From positions 30,001-62,000 of the forward strand of contig JAQVDW010000006.1 of NCBI GenBank assembly GCA_028698185.1: DNA of 32,000 bases. The letters are read 5' to 3'. The stretch's first letter is position 1. Every line of letters begins with the position of its first letter. Of the stretch, positions 17,615-25,175 are shown in pieces. This DNA comes from Erysipelotrichaceae bacterium. Lineage in GTDB: Bacteria > Bacillota_I > Bacilli_A > Erysipelotrichales > Coprobacillaceae. The translations under genes were made by a program, and so were the position numbers. The notes under the pieces were generated by a model, which had not been told where the DNA came from, made no database searches, and worked only from the letters and a program-made list of their open reading frames with translations.

Positions 17615-18925
17615 CTAGATACGTTTGAGTTTGGCGATGGTTGTCAGTGACGCCACATGAGGCGCAGTGTCGACTCCCACAATCCTTTCAAGACGGTAAT
17701 ATTTTTCAATCTCGCCTAGGTCCTTGGCCATGGTCGAATAGTTGTCACCGACAACGATGAAATTTTCGATTTTCCCGAGTACAAGGGAATTGCGGATCGC
17801 TTCGGAAATGTTCGAGTTATTCAAGAACAGGACAACAGTATCATATTCCTTTTTCTTGGCCAATGAAACGATCGAATCGTCGATCGATCCTGACTTGACT
17901 TTGATGTTTTCCAGCGCTTTCGATTTGGCATTGAGCTTGAAATCGTCACGGGCATAGTTCTTGTCCTCGAGGATGACAACATCACTGTCTTTGATGTTCA
18001 TCTCGAACAGACAAGAGTCGCCACCGACTGAGATGATTTTTTGCGAATCATCAAGCATCTTGTAGATAGCATTGTAAACCTTCAACGCATTATCGAGATT
18101 GTCCGGCAGTTTTGTCTTCACAGAATACAGGTAAGTCTGGCTGTTGAAATCGACCGGCAGACGGGCATCGCCAAAATACTTTGTGTAGCCTGTTTCTTCA
18201 AAGCTCGAATACTTGGTCGTGTTGGTCGATTGGAACAAGGCTCCCACATATTTGAGTTGTGAAACTTTTTCAATCACGTCGCGGGCCAATCCGTCCTTGC
18301 CTGTGATAAAGACGACTGTGACCAGTTCATTTCGCAATGTCAGCTTCAAAAAGCGGATTCCTTTTTTGAACTTGTCGTCATAAATTTTGCAATGAGTCTC
18401 ATTGAGAATCTTCGACAGGTCGGTCAAGGCCTGGTTGATCAGCGGGTGATGCTTGAAGCAGCGGTCCATCAAGGTAAGATACTTCGAATCACGCTGGTAA
18501 ATCCCGAAATTCAAATAGCCATTGAACTCCACAACCGGCAGGTTGACATTGTTGATGAACCCTTCAGTCTTGGTTGATGGTATTACATCCTTGAACACGA
18601 CCTGATCGAGGTCGTATCTTGTATATTTGCGGAAGGACTCGCGCACAAGTTCCTTTTTGGCATTGAGCTGGGCCTTGTAATCGAGGTGGAGCAGATTGCA
18701 TCCCTGGCAGTTCTTGTATTGCTTGCATGGCGAAGGCACACGGTCTTTTGAACGCTTGACGATCTTGACGATCTTGCCTTCATGGAAGGTCCTTGTCGAC
18801 TTGGTTATGTCCGCGATGACTGTCTCATCAGGCAAAGCCCCCTTGACAAAGGTGATTTTCCTGTCAATATAGCCGATTCCTTCTCCGTTTATTCCTATTT
18901 TTTTGATTTCTATTTCTTTATTCAT
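17615..18925 (-). CDS. RumA/TrmA-family (RNA uracil-5 methyltransferase-like) protein, apparently catalytically degenerate
   Basis: 436 aa. TRAM-like N-terminus and Fe-S-type cysteines CKQYKNCQGC plus DRCFKHH. The C-terminal fold-level similarity to RumA is recognisable, but motif I, motif IV, the nucleophile Cys and the base Glu are all substituted (see findings). Confidence 0.8.
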   Translation of the reverse strand: MNKEIEIKKIGINGEGIGYIDRKITFVKGALPDETVIADITKSTRTFHEGKIVKIVKRSKDRVPSPCKQYKNCQGCNLLHLDYKAQLNAKKELVRESFRKYTRYDLDQVVFKDVIPSTKTEGFINNVNLPVVEFNGYLNFGIYQRDSKYLTLMDRCFKHHPLINQALTDLSKILNETHCKIYDDKFKKGIRFLKLTLRNELVTVVFITGKDGLARDVIEKVSQLKYVGALFQSTNTTKYSSFEETGYTKYFGDARLPVDFNSQTYLYSVKTKLPDNLDNALKVYNAIYKMLDDSQKIISVGGDSCLFEMNIKDSDVVILEDKNYARDDFKLNAKSKALENIKVKSGSIDDSIVSLAKKKEYDTVVLFLNNSNISEAIRNSLVLGKIENFIVVGDNYSTMAKDLGEIEKYYRLERIVGVDTAPHVASLTTIAKLKRI

Positions 18926-18948
18926 CCTACAATGCTTAGCTTACCGGG

Positions 18949-20217
18949 CTAAGACTCCTCACTTTCAATCTTGGTAATCTTCAAATGGTCGATCCGACGT
19001 TTGTCGATGGCGATGATCTGGAAAAGATAGTTGTCGATGACTATCTCGTCATTCACTTCCGGTGTCGATTTGAGAGCTCCCAACACCAGGCCGCCGATTG
19101 AATCGAATTCTTCCTCATCAAAATTTGTCTTTAAATATTCATTTACTTCAATGATGTTTGTGGTCCCGTCGACAAGATATTCATTCTTCGAAATCGCGAA
19201 AATTTCCTTGTCAAACTCGTCGTCATACTCGTCGGCGATTTCACCAACGATTTCCTCGACAATATCCTCGAATGTCACAATCCCCGAAAAAACACCGTAT
19301 TCATCAAGCACGACCGCCATTGTCGCATGTTCCTTACGCATCGATTCGAACACCGTATCGATATGGTTGAACTCATAGACGACAAAGGCGTCACGCAGAT
19401 AATCCGCGACCTTGAACGTTTCGGGATTGATCTGGAAAAACAGCAGGTCCTTGATGTTCAAAACGCCGACAACTTCGTCAAACGATTCAGAATGGACCGG
19501 ATAACGTGAATAGCGGTCTTTTTGATACACTTCGATTAGCTCGTCATAGTCGCAGTCCTCATCGAGCACAGTGACATTGATCCGCGGCGTCATTATGTCG
19601 CGGATTTCTGTTTCCCCGAAATCGAAAACGTTGTGAATCATTTTCCGTTTTTCTTCCTGGAGGACACCCTCTTCATGGGATACCGTGACAATCGTCTTGA
19701 GCTCTTCCTCGGTAACCGTCGGACGCGCCTCCCCACTGCCCCCTAGAAGCACTATGAAGACCCGGGAAACATGGTTTAGAATGATTACGGCCGGAGTGGT
19801 TACCAGGACAACCATATTGATGAATTTGCCCAAAAACAAAGCCAGATTGTCGGCTTTTTTGGTAGCCAGACTTTTCGGTGTGATTTCCCCAAAAACCAGA
19901 ATAAGCAGCGTGACGACACCGGTCGCATAGGCGATGTAGACACCCTCATTTCCGAAAACGGAAATGATCAATGATGTCGTCATTGAAGACGCCAAGATAT
20001 TGACCAGGTTGTTTCCGACCAGGATTGAAGCAAACAGGCGGTCCGTATCTTCCAACAGTCTTTCGACCAGCTGGGCTTTCTTATTTCCTTCTTGCGACAG
20101 GTTGCGCATCCTGATTTTGTTCACCGACAAAAACGCGGTCTCGCTTGCTGAAAAAATCGCAGAAGTGAACAATAAAATTATTAAGAATATTATTGTTGTG
20201 CTCTGGGAGGTATCCAA
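18949..20217 (-). CDS. CNNM/CorC-HlyC family membrane protein (DUF21 + CBS pair + CorC_HlyC)
   Basis: 422 aa. N-terminal DUF21 with SASETAF, a CBS pair, and a C-terminal transporter-associated domain. TTG start with an AGGAGA RBS 6 nt upstream. Confidence 0.9.
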   Translation of the reverse strand: MDTSQSTTIIFLIILLFTSAIFSASETAFLSVNKIRMRNLSQEGNKKAQLVERLLEDTDRLFASILVGNNLVNILASSMTTSLIISVFGNEGVYIAYATGVVTLLILVFGEITPKSLATKKADNLALFLGKFINMVVLVTTPAVIILNHVSRVFIVLLGGSGEARPTVTEEELKTIVTVSHEEGVLQEEKRKMIHNVFDFGETEIRDIMTPRINVTVLDEDCDYDELIEVYQKDRYSRYPVHSESFDEVVGVLNIKDLLFFQINPETFKVADYLRDAFVVYEFNHIDTVFESMRKEHATMAVVLDEYGVFSGIVTFEDIVEEIVGEIADEYDDEFDKEIFAISKNEYLVDGTTNIIEVNEYLKTNFDEEEFDSIGGLVLGALKSTPEVNDEIVIDNYLFQIIAIDKRRIDHLKITKIESEES

Positions 20218-20252
20218 TTTAAATCTCCTTTATCAAATGAATTATTTTATCT

Positions 20253-20281
20253 ATTCTATTACATAATGTCGCTTTTGTCAA
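20253..20281 (-). promoter_or_regulatory. promoter of the CorC-family gene
   Basis: Minus strand reads TTGACA (20281-20276), 17 nt, TAGAAT (20258-20253). Confidence 0.6.
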
Positions 20282-20344
20282 AGTATATTCCTGAACATCT
20301 TATCTAAGATGATTTTAACTCAATTGGCGGCAAATTTAAAGCAC

Positions 20345-20368
20345 AAAAAGACTCATGAGAGTCTTTTT
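20345..20368 (-). terminator. rho-independent terminator ending the mraZ-rsmH-ftsL-PBP unit
   Basis: AAAAAGACTC-atga-GAGTCTTTTT, overlapping the PBP stop codon. Confidence 0.8.
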
Positions 20369-22508
20369 AGTTTCCAAGTACAACCTCGACACTCTGGCCG
20401 CTGGTCAAAACGGTGTTGGCCGCTACCGACTGGCTTGTGGCCACCTGGCCATCACCTTTGATATTGACGGAGATGTTTGCCATGGAAGCAAAGGTGGATA
20501 TGTCTTTGCGGGACCATCCGGTCACATCCGGCATCGCTATCTCATTGCCATCGGTCTTGACAAAAATCTTGTCGCCGACATTGACAGTCGTGTAAGCCGT
20601 CGGATACTGGGATACAACGGTCGAGCCGTTGCCCACGACGACAGCTTCAAGTTTCGATTCGCCGATCTGGCTTGTCGCAAAGCCGGTCGACTGATTGACA
20701 AACGAAGGCAGGGTGTTGACCATTCCCTCGATCGAGGTGGTGTCTTCTTGATATTTGTGGACGGTGTTGTACGCCGCCGGGGTGATCCCCTTGATGATGT
20801 TGTCCGGCCATGACCCGGTTGCATATTCGCCAAGATAACAAAAGGCGATGATTATTTCGGGATCCTCGTAAGGGAAGAGGCCGACAAAGGAATGGGAATA
20901 TTCATCCGAAGAGTAGCCTCCGTTTTCCGCAATCTGTCCGGTCCCGGTTTTCCCGATGATCGTGATTTCGCTGTCGTCAATCTGGTAGCGCGCTCCGGTC
21001 CCGTATTCGAAATGGGTCACCCTATAAAGGAGATCCTTCATCTTGGAAACCGTGTCGCTGGAAATCAGCTGGTTAGAGTACTCGGTATTGGCGCTGTAGA
21101 GCACTTCCGAAGAGTCCCCGTCGATGATCGAATCGATCCAGTAAGGCGTGATCATCTTGCCGTCATTGGCGAAGATGCTGTATGCGCGGGCCAGCTGATA
21201 CAAGGTCAGGGTCGTCCCTTGGCCAAAACCTGATGTATAGAAGTTGGTCAGCTCGCCGTTTGGCCCGATTCCTCCTGTGATGTCGAAGCCGTCGACCTGC
21301 GAGGATTGGAAAAATCCTAGCTCCTTGTAGAAATTGACCAGGTCGTCGTGGTCAGGAACCCGGCTGAGCAGGTTGCATATTGCCGTGTTGCTCGATCGGT
21401 ACAGGCCTTCGTTGAAGCTGATCATGCCCCACCCGGAATTGTTCCAGTCCCTGATGGTGGCGGTCACCTTGCCGCTTGATGTCTTGACCTGGTATGAACC
21501 GGATTGGTACAGTTCCTCCCCGTTGTAAAGTCCGTTATCGATCATATACGAGTATACAAATGGCTTGAAGATCGAACCGACCTCATAAGGGTATTCAGTT
21601 AAGAAATTGGTGTAATTTTCGATATTGCGGTCATTTGGATTGTATGAAGGGTAGTTGCTTTGGGCAAGAATCCGGCCGGTTTTGGCTTCGATAATGACAC
21701 AGCTTCCAAGAGTCGCACCAGCCCCCGAGAGGTTTTCTTCCATAAGGGTGTCAAGATCGCGCTGCAAGGAAGAATCGATGGTCAGGTTGATGATGTCGCC
21801 GTTTTCCGGTTCGACATCCTCGATGATCCCCCCTGGCAGGACATAACCCGAGGTGTCGACCTGGTAGGATTCATAGCCATTGACTCCCGCAAGCAGGTCG
21901 TTGTACGTCTTTTCGATTCCGTACTCGCCGACGATCTTCTGGTCATCCTCGCTGACATATTTGTTCAAGGCGTATCCGACAACATAAGAAGCGAAATCGC
22001 CCAAAGGATAGTTGCGCGACAGCACTTCCGAAAATTCGATACCGGCAATGTCCAATGCCTCAATCTGTTTTTTCTGGATCGCCGAAAGGGAATTGCCATA
22101 GGAACCAAACTCCATCTGGTAGAGGTTGTTGTCCTTCGAATACTGGAGCTTTTCTTTCATCTTGGCCGGTTCCATTCCGATGATGACTGATACGTCATTT
22201 ATCAGCGCATCATAGTCGACCAAATGGCTTGGCGTATCGCCATACCCGGGCCGGCTCGCGTCAATGATGACAACCAGCTTGTATTTGGTCACGTCCTGGG
22301 CGACTATCTGGCCGTCGCTTGAATAGATTGTCCCCCGTTGCGAATAGACCGGAGTTGTCTTGACCGCCCGGTTCTGTGCATAGGCCTGGATATTGCCCTG
22401 GGAATAGAGATTCTTGCCAGTGGCCATCAAATAACCGACATTTGCGATGATTAAGGCTATAACCACCATGTAGGCTATAGCCAGATAAGCAATTTTATTG
22501 GTTTTCAT
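20367..22508 (-). CDS. pbpB: class B penicillin-binding protein (PBP2B/FtsI-like transpeptidase) with two C-terminal PASTA domains
   Basis: 713 aa with an N-terminal TM anchor, SxxK (SIFK), SxN (SSN) and KTG (KTGT) motifs, and two PASTA-like repeats at the C-terminus. It follows ftsL in the dcw cluster. Confidence 0.93.
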   Translation of the reverse strand: MKTNKIAYLAIAYMVVIALIIANVGYLMATGKNLYSQGNIQAYAQNRAVKTTPVYSQRGTIYSSDGQIVAQDVTKYKLVVIIDASRPGYGDTPSHLVDYDALINDVSVIIGMEPAKMKEKLQYSKDNNLYQMEFGSYGNSLSAIQKKQIEALDIAGIEFSEVLSRNYPLGDFASYVVGYALNKYVSEDDQKIVGEYGIEKTYNDLLAGVNGYESYQVDTSGYVLPGGIIEDVEPENGDIINLTIDSSLQRDLDTLMEENLSGAGATLGSCVIIEAKTGRILAQSNYPSYNPNDRNIENYTNFLTEYPYEVGSIFKPFVYSYMIDNGLYNGEELYQSGSYQVKTSSGKVTATIRDWNNSGWGMISFNEGLYRSSNTAICNLLSRVPDHDDLVNFYKELGFFQSSQVDGFDITGGIGPNGELTNFYTSGFGQGTTLTLYQLARAYSIFANDGKMITPYWIDSIIDGDSSEVLYSANTEYSNQLISSDTVSKMKDLLYRVTHFEYGTGARYQIDDSEITIIGKTGTGQIAENGGYSSDEYSHSFVGLFPYEDPEIIIAFCYLGEYATGSWPDNIIKGITPAAYNTVHKYQEDTTSIEGMVNTLPSFVNQSTGFATSQIGESKLEAVVVGNGSTVVSQYPTAYTTVNVGDKIFVKTDGNEIAMPDVTGWSRKDISTFASMANISVNIKGDGQVATSQSVAANTVLTSGQSVEVVLGN

Positions 22509-22797
22509 CTAGGGAAGATCCCACGTTAGTGGCAACGGCATCGTTCTGGTAAGTGTAACCCTTGCCGGTCGCGACATCGCTGATGCGATCAAAGGAGGTC
22601 AGCTCCTGTTTGTTGATAGTCAAAGAATCAATATCCCCTTCAAGTTGTGCAATTTCATTATTGATTGTTTGAATATCGCGGTTGTATTTAGTCGCAAATG
22701 TGCCAAACCCCATGGATACAAGAGTTGTGACAATCAAAACTGATGTGAATACCCTGATGCATAATTTTTCAAATGGTGTTTTTTTATAGGCTTTCAT
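22495..22797 (-). CDS. ftsL: cell division protein FtsL
   Basis: 100 aa with a single TM helix followed by a coiled-coil segment ([14 protein letters not shown]). Canonical position between rsmH and the PBP. It overlaps both neighbours by 14 nt. Confidence 0.75.
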   Translation of the reverse strand: MKAYKKTPFEKLCIRVFTSVLIVTTLVSMGFGTFATKYNRDIQTINNEIAQLEGDIDSLTINKQELTSFDRISDVATGKGYTYQNDAVATNVGSSLDENQ

Positions 22798-23731
22798 TTT
22801 CCCTTACCCTCTCTATTATTCTTAATTTGGCGCTGTGGGCCCGTTTGTTTGTTTCCAATTCAATATCGCCGGCAACTATCGCCTTGCGGTTGACCAGTCT
22901 GAATTTTGGCTGGAGATAATCCGGAATCACCGGGATGTTTCTAGGCACATCTTTGAGCTTGGTCACCTCATTGAAAGTGTACTTGCATATCTTGTCTTCG
23001 AGCGAGTGGAAGGTGATCACCGCGATTCGGCCATTGACCTTGATCATGTCAAGCGCGTCGTCTAGAGCTGTTTCGAATACGGCCAATTCATCATTGACCT
23101 CGATACGCAATGCCTGGAATGTCCGTTTGGCCGGATGGCCTCCCGTCCGGCGCGCCCGGGCCGGAATGGCATCCTTGATGATTTCAACGAGTTCGAAAGT
23201 CGTTTCGATCGGTTTGACCATCCTGGCTTTTTCAATCTGGCGGGCAATCGACTTGGCGAATTTTTCATCCGCGTACTTGAACAAGATCCGCACAAGCTGT
23301 TCGTATGGATATTCGTTGACAACCTGGTAAGCATCTTTTGTGGCGCTCGTGTCCATCCGCATGTCAAGCCGGGCATCGTAATTGTACGAGAATCCCCGAT
23401 CCGACTGGTCGAACTGGGGCGATGACACGCCAAGATCGAACAGAATCCCATCTACCCTTTCAATCCCACGGGCTTCAAGCTCTTGTTTCAAATACCGGAA
23501 ATTCGACCTGATGATCGTGAAATTCTCTCCGACCTGCTCCAATTGGCCTCTAGCATAGGCGATTGCCTGGTCGTCCTGGTCGAAGCAGTACAGATGACCG
23601 GTGGTCAGCCGTTTCAGGATTTCCTTGGAATGGCCGGCTCCCCCGAGGGTGCAATCCACATATATTCCATCGGGTCTGATATTCAGCCCGGTTATTGCCT
23701 CTTCTTTTAAAACACTGATGTGTTCAAACAT
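22784..23731 (-). CDS. rsmH: 16S rRNA (cytosine1402-N4)-methyltransferase RsmH (MraW)
   Basis: 315 aa with H(I/V)SVL N-terminus, [13 protein letters not shown] motif and FHSLED. Confidence 0.96.
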   Translation of the reverse strand: MFEHISVLKEEAITGLNIRPDGIYVDCTLGGAGHSKEILKRLTTGHLYCFDQDDQAIAYARGQLEQVGENFTIIRSNFRYLKQELEARGIERVDGILFDLGVSSPQFDQSDRGFSYNYDARLDMRMDTSATKDAYQVVNEYPYEQLVRILFKYADEKFAKSIARQIEKARMVKPIETTFELVEIIKDAIPARARRTGGHPAKRTFQALRIEVNDELAVFETALDDALDMIKVNGRIAVITFHSLEDKICKYTFNEVTKLKDVPRNIPVIPDYLQPKFRLVNRKAIVAGDIELETNKRAHSAKLRIIERVRENESL

Positions 23732-23734
23732 AAT

Positions 23735-24166
23735 TTACTCCTTATCCATAAACATTTTTTCAAAAATGTCATCCAATTCTTCTTCCGCACCGTTTGCGAA
23801 TTCATCCCAGATAGCTTCGCTCCAGATTTCCACATGGTCACCGGCGCCGTTGATAACGACTTCTTTTTCCAAGACAGCCTTGTCTTTTAGCTGTTTGGGG
23901 ATGTTGATCCGGCCGAGCTTATCGAATTCGAGTTCGCTCGTGCGGGCCATGATTATCCGTAGAAGCTTGCGGGTGTCCCGGGCGTTCTTGTTTGCGGCAA
24001 TCAGCTCGTTGTAGTAATCCTGCCAGCCTTCGTGGTTGTACAGGGCGATGCAGCCATCAAATCCGATGGTCACCATAACGGTGTCCTGGCATTGGTTCCG
24101 GAATTTGGCAGGGATTGTCAATCGGCCTTTCGCATCCAAGTTGTGACGATATTCACCAAAAAACAC
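23735..24166 (-). CDS. mraZ: transcriptional regulator MraZ
   Basis: 143 aa. MFFGEYRHNLDAKGRLTIPAKFR plus a second DKLGRINIP repeat (two SpoVT/AbrB-like halves). GTG start with a GAGGTGG RBS. Confidence 0.96.
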   Translation of the reverse strand: MFFGEYRHNLDAKGRLTIPAKFRNQCQDTVMVTIGFDGCIALYNHEGWQDYYNELIAANKNARDTRKLLRIIMARTSELEFDKLGRINIPKQLKDKAVLEKEVVINGAGDHVEIWSEAIWDEFANGAEEELDDIFEKMFMDKE

Positions 24167-24196
24167 TTTGCCCCACCTCTTTCCACTTTATAACAC
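24163..24196 (-). promoter_or_regulatory. array of four phased GTG[G/T] direct repeats (putative MraZ operator)
   Basis: Minus strand reads GTGT-tataaa-GTGG-aaagag-GTGG-ggcaaa-GTGT, with boxes at 24196-24193, 24186-24183, 24176-24173 and 24166-24163. The period is exactly 10 bp. The last box contains the GTG start codon. Confidence 0.6.
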
Positions 24197-24197
24197 C

Positions 24198-24227
24198 ATT
24201 ATATACCTAACTGCCAAGCCAATTCAA
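24198..24227 (-). promoter_or_regulatory. Pmra-like promoter
   Basis: Minus strand reads TTGAAT (24227-24222), 18 nt, TATAAT (24203-24198), immediately upstream of the repeat array. Confidence 0.6.
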
Positions 24228-24341
24228 GACAATCATCGCGATTTCACCCTTTATAGCGCCATTATTTAAAGTTCTGCTTCCTTAGTGGTCACGATTGTAG
24301 TAGCTTCGTATCCAAACCGGTATTTTTCGGGCATTTTTGCA

Positions 24342-24355
24342 GTGGGGCAAAGTGG
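24342..24355 (+). promoter_or_regulatory. inverted copy of a two-box GTGG unit
   Basis: Plus strand reads GTGGGGCAAAGTGG. Its first 13 nt are identical to minus-strand 24176-24164 (operator boxes 3 and 4). Confidence 0.4.
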
Positions 24356-24358
24356 ATG

Positions 24359-24385
24359 AAAAAAGCTCCCCTGCCTGAAGGGAGC
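24359..24385 (-). terminator. second (distal) terminator after rpmF
   Basis: Minus strand reads GCTCCC-ttcaggcag-GGGAGC followed by TTTTTT. Confidence 0.6.
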
Positions 24386-24413
24386 AAAAGAAAAAGTCTC
24401 CTTTGCAGGAGAC
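24386..24413 (-). terminator. first (proximal) terminator after rpmF
   Basis: Minus strand reads GTCTCCT-gcaa-AGGAGAC followed by TTTTTCTTTT. Confidence 0.75.
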
Positions 24414-24419
24414 CCGATA

Positions 24420-24587
24420 CTATAAGACTTTTTGACCTTTGTAAGTTCCGCAGTGTTTACAAACTTTGTGAGACAATTTGTATTCACCACATTCTGGACA
24501 AACAACTACAGCTGGTACTGTAAGCTTATCATGAGTTCTTCTTTTGTTTCTTCTAGTACTTGATACTCTTCTAAATGGTACTGCCAT
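24420..24587 (-). CDS. rpmF: 50S ribosomal protein L32
   Basis: Hand translation gives [55 protein letters not shown] (55 aa, CxxC...CxxC zinc ribbon). GGAGGTG RBS. Below the ORF-track length cutoff. Confidence 0.95.
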   Translation of the reverse strand: MAVPFRRVSSTRRNKRRTHDKLTVPAVVVCPECGEYKLSHKVCKHCGTYKGQKVL

Positions 24588-24599
24588 TAAGTACACCTC

Positions 24600-25100
24600 C
24601 TACTGTTTAAAATAATCTTTCAACTTCGCCAAACGGGGATCGATATAATCCTCCTGATCTGCTTCATCTTTTTCCAAGATTTTCCAACCTTTTCCCTCAG
24701 ATTTAATCTCAGCATCATCCTTGACGACTCGCATTGGCACTTCAATCATAATGTTCTCTAGAACTACAGGAGCTAAATCAACTATGTTTTTCTTTACCTC
24801 GCGTTCATCACTTAGCGGATCAGGCTTTACAAAGGAAAATACTTCGGTGGAACTGATATTGAAAGGGTATTGAACTTCTTCAAGTGTTAGTGCACATGGC
24901 AAAAGCATTATCCCTTTAATATTGAGGCTGACGATCAGTTTTTCCTGATTGCCAGTCAAGGTTCCGGTACCTGAGACATTAATGTCTTTAAGGCCATTAA
25001 TTTGAGAATACGATTTAAATAGTTCTTGAGGATATTGGACATCCTCATTAAATTCAAAGTTTCCTTTTTGTTTAACAATCCATTGTAAGTTGTATTTCAA
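24600..25100 (-). CDS. yceD: YceD/DUF177 family protein (large-subunit rRNA accumulation protein)
   Basis: Conserved pairing directly upstream of rpmF, with an acidic C-terminus. The ORF track starts at GTG 25109. I prefer TTG 25100 (MKYNLQW) because AGGTGA lies 5 nt upstream. Start choice is uncertain. Confidence 0.85.
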   Translation of the reverse strand: MKYNLQWIVKQKGNFEFNEDVQYPQELFKSYSQINGLKDINVSGTGTLTGNQEKLIVSLNIKGIMLLPCALTLEEVQYPFNISSTEVFSFVKPDPLSDEREVKKNIVDLAPVVLENIMIEVPMRVVKDDAEIKSEGKGWKILEKDEADQEDYIDPRLAKLKDYFKQ

Positions 25101-25130
25101 AATAATCACCTTTCCATAACCGCAATTGAT

Positions 25131-25159
25131 ATTTTATCCAAAAGTGCCCTATAAGTCAA
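25131..25159 (-). promoter_or_regulatory. putative yceD-rpmF promoter
   Basis: Minus strand reads TTGACT (25159-25154), 17 nt, TAAAAT (25136-25131). Confidence 0.55.
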
Positions 25160-25175
25160 GTGTAATTTCATAATT

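Noticed and set aside
24266-24505. A 79-aa minus-strand ORF listed in the ORF track.
   Set aside because: Its 5' part is out of frame over the genuine rpmF (L32) coding sequence. The remainder runs through two terminator hairpins and the non-coding spacer. It has no RBS.
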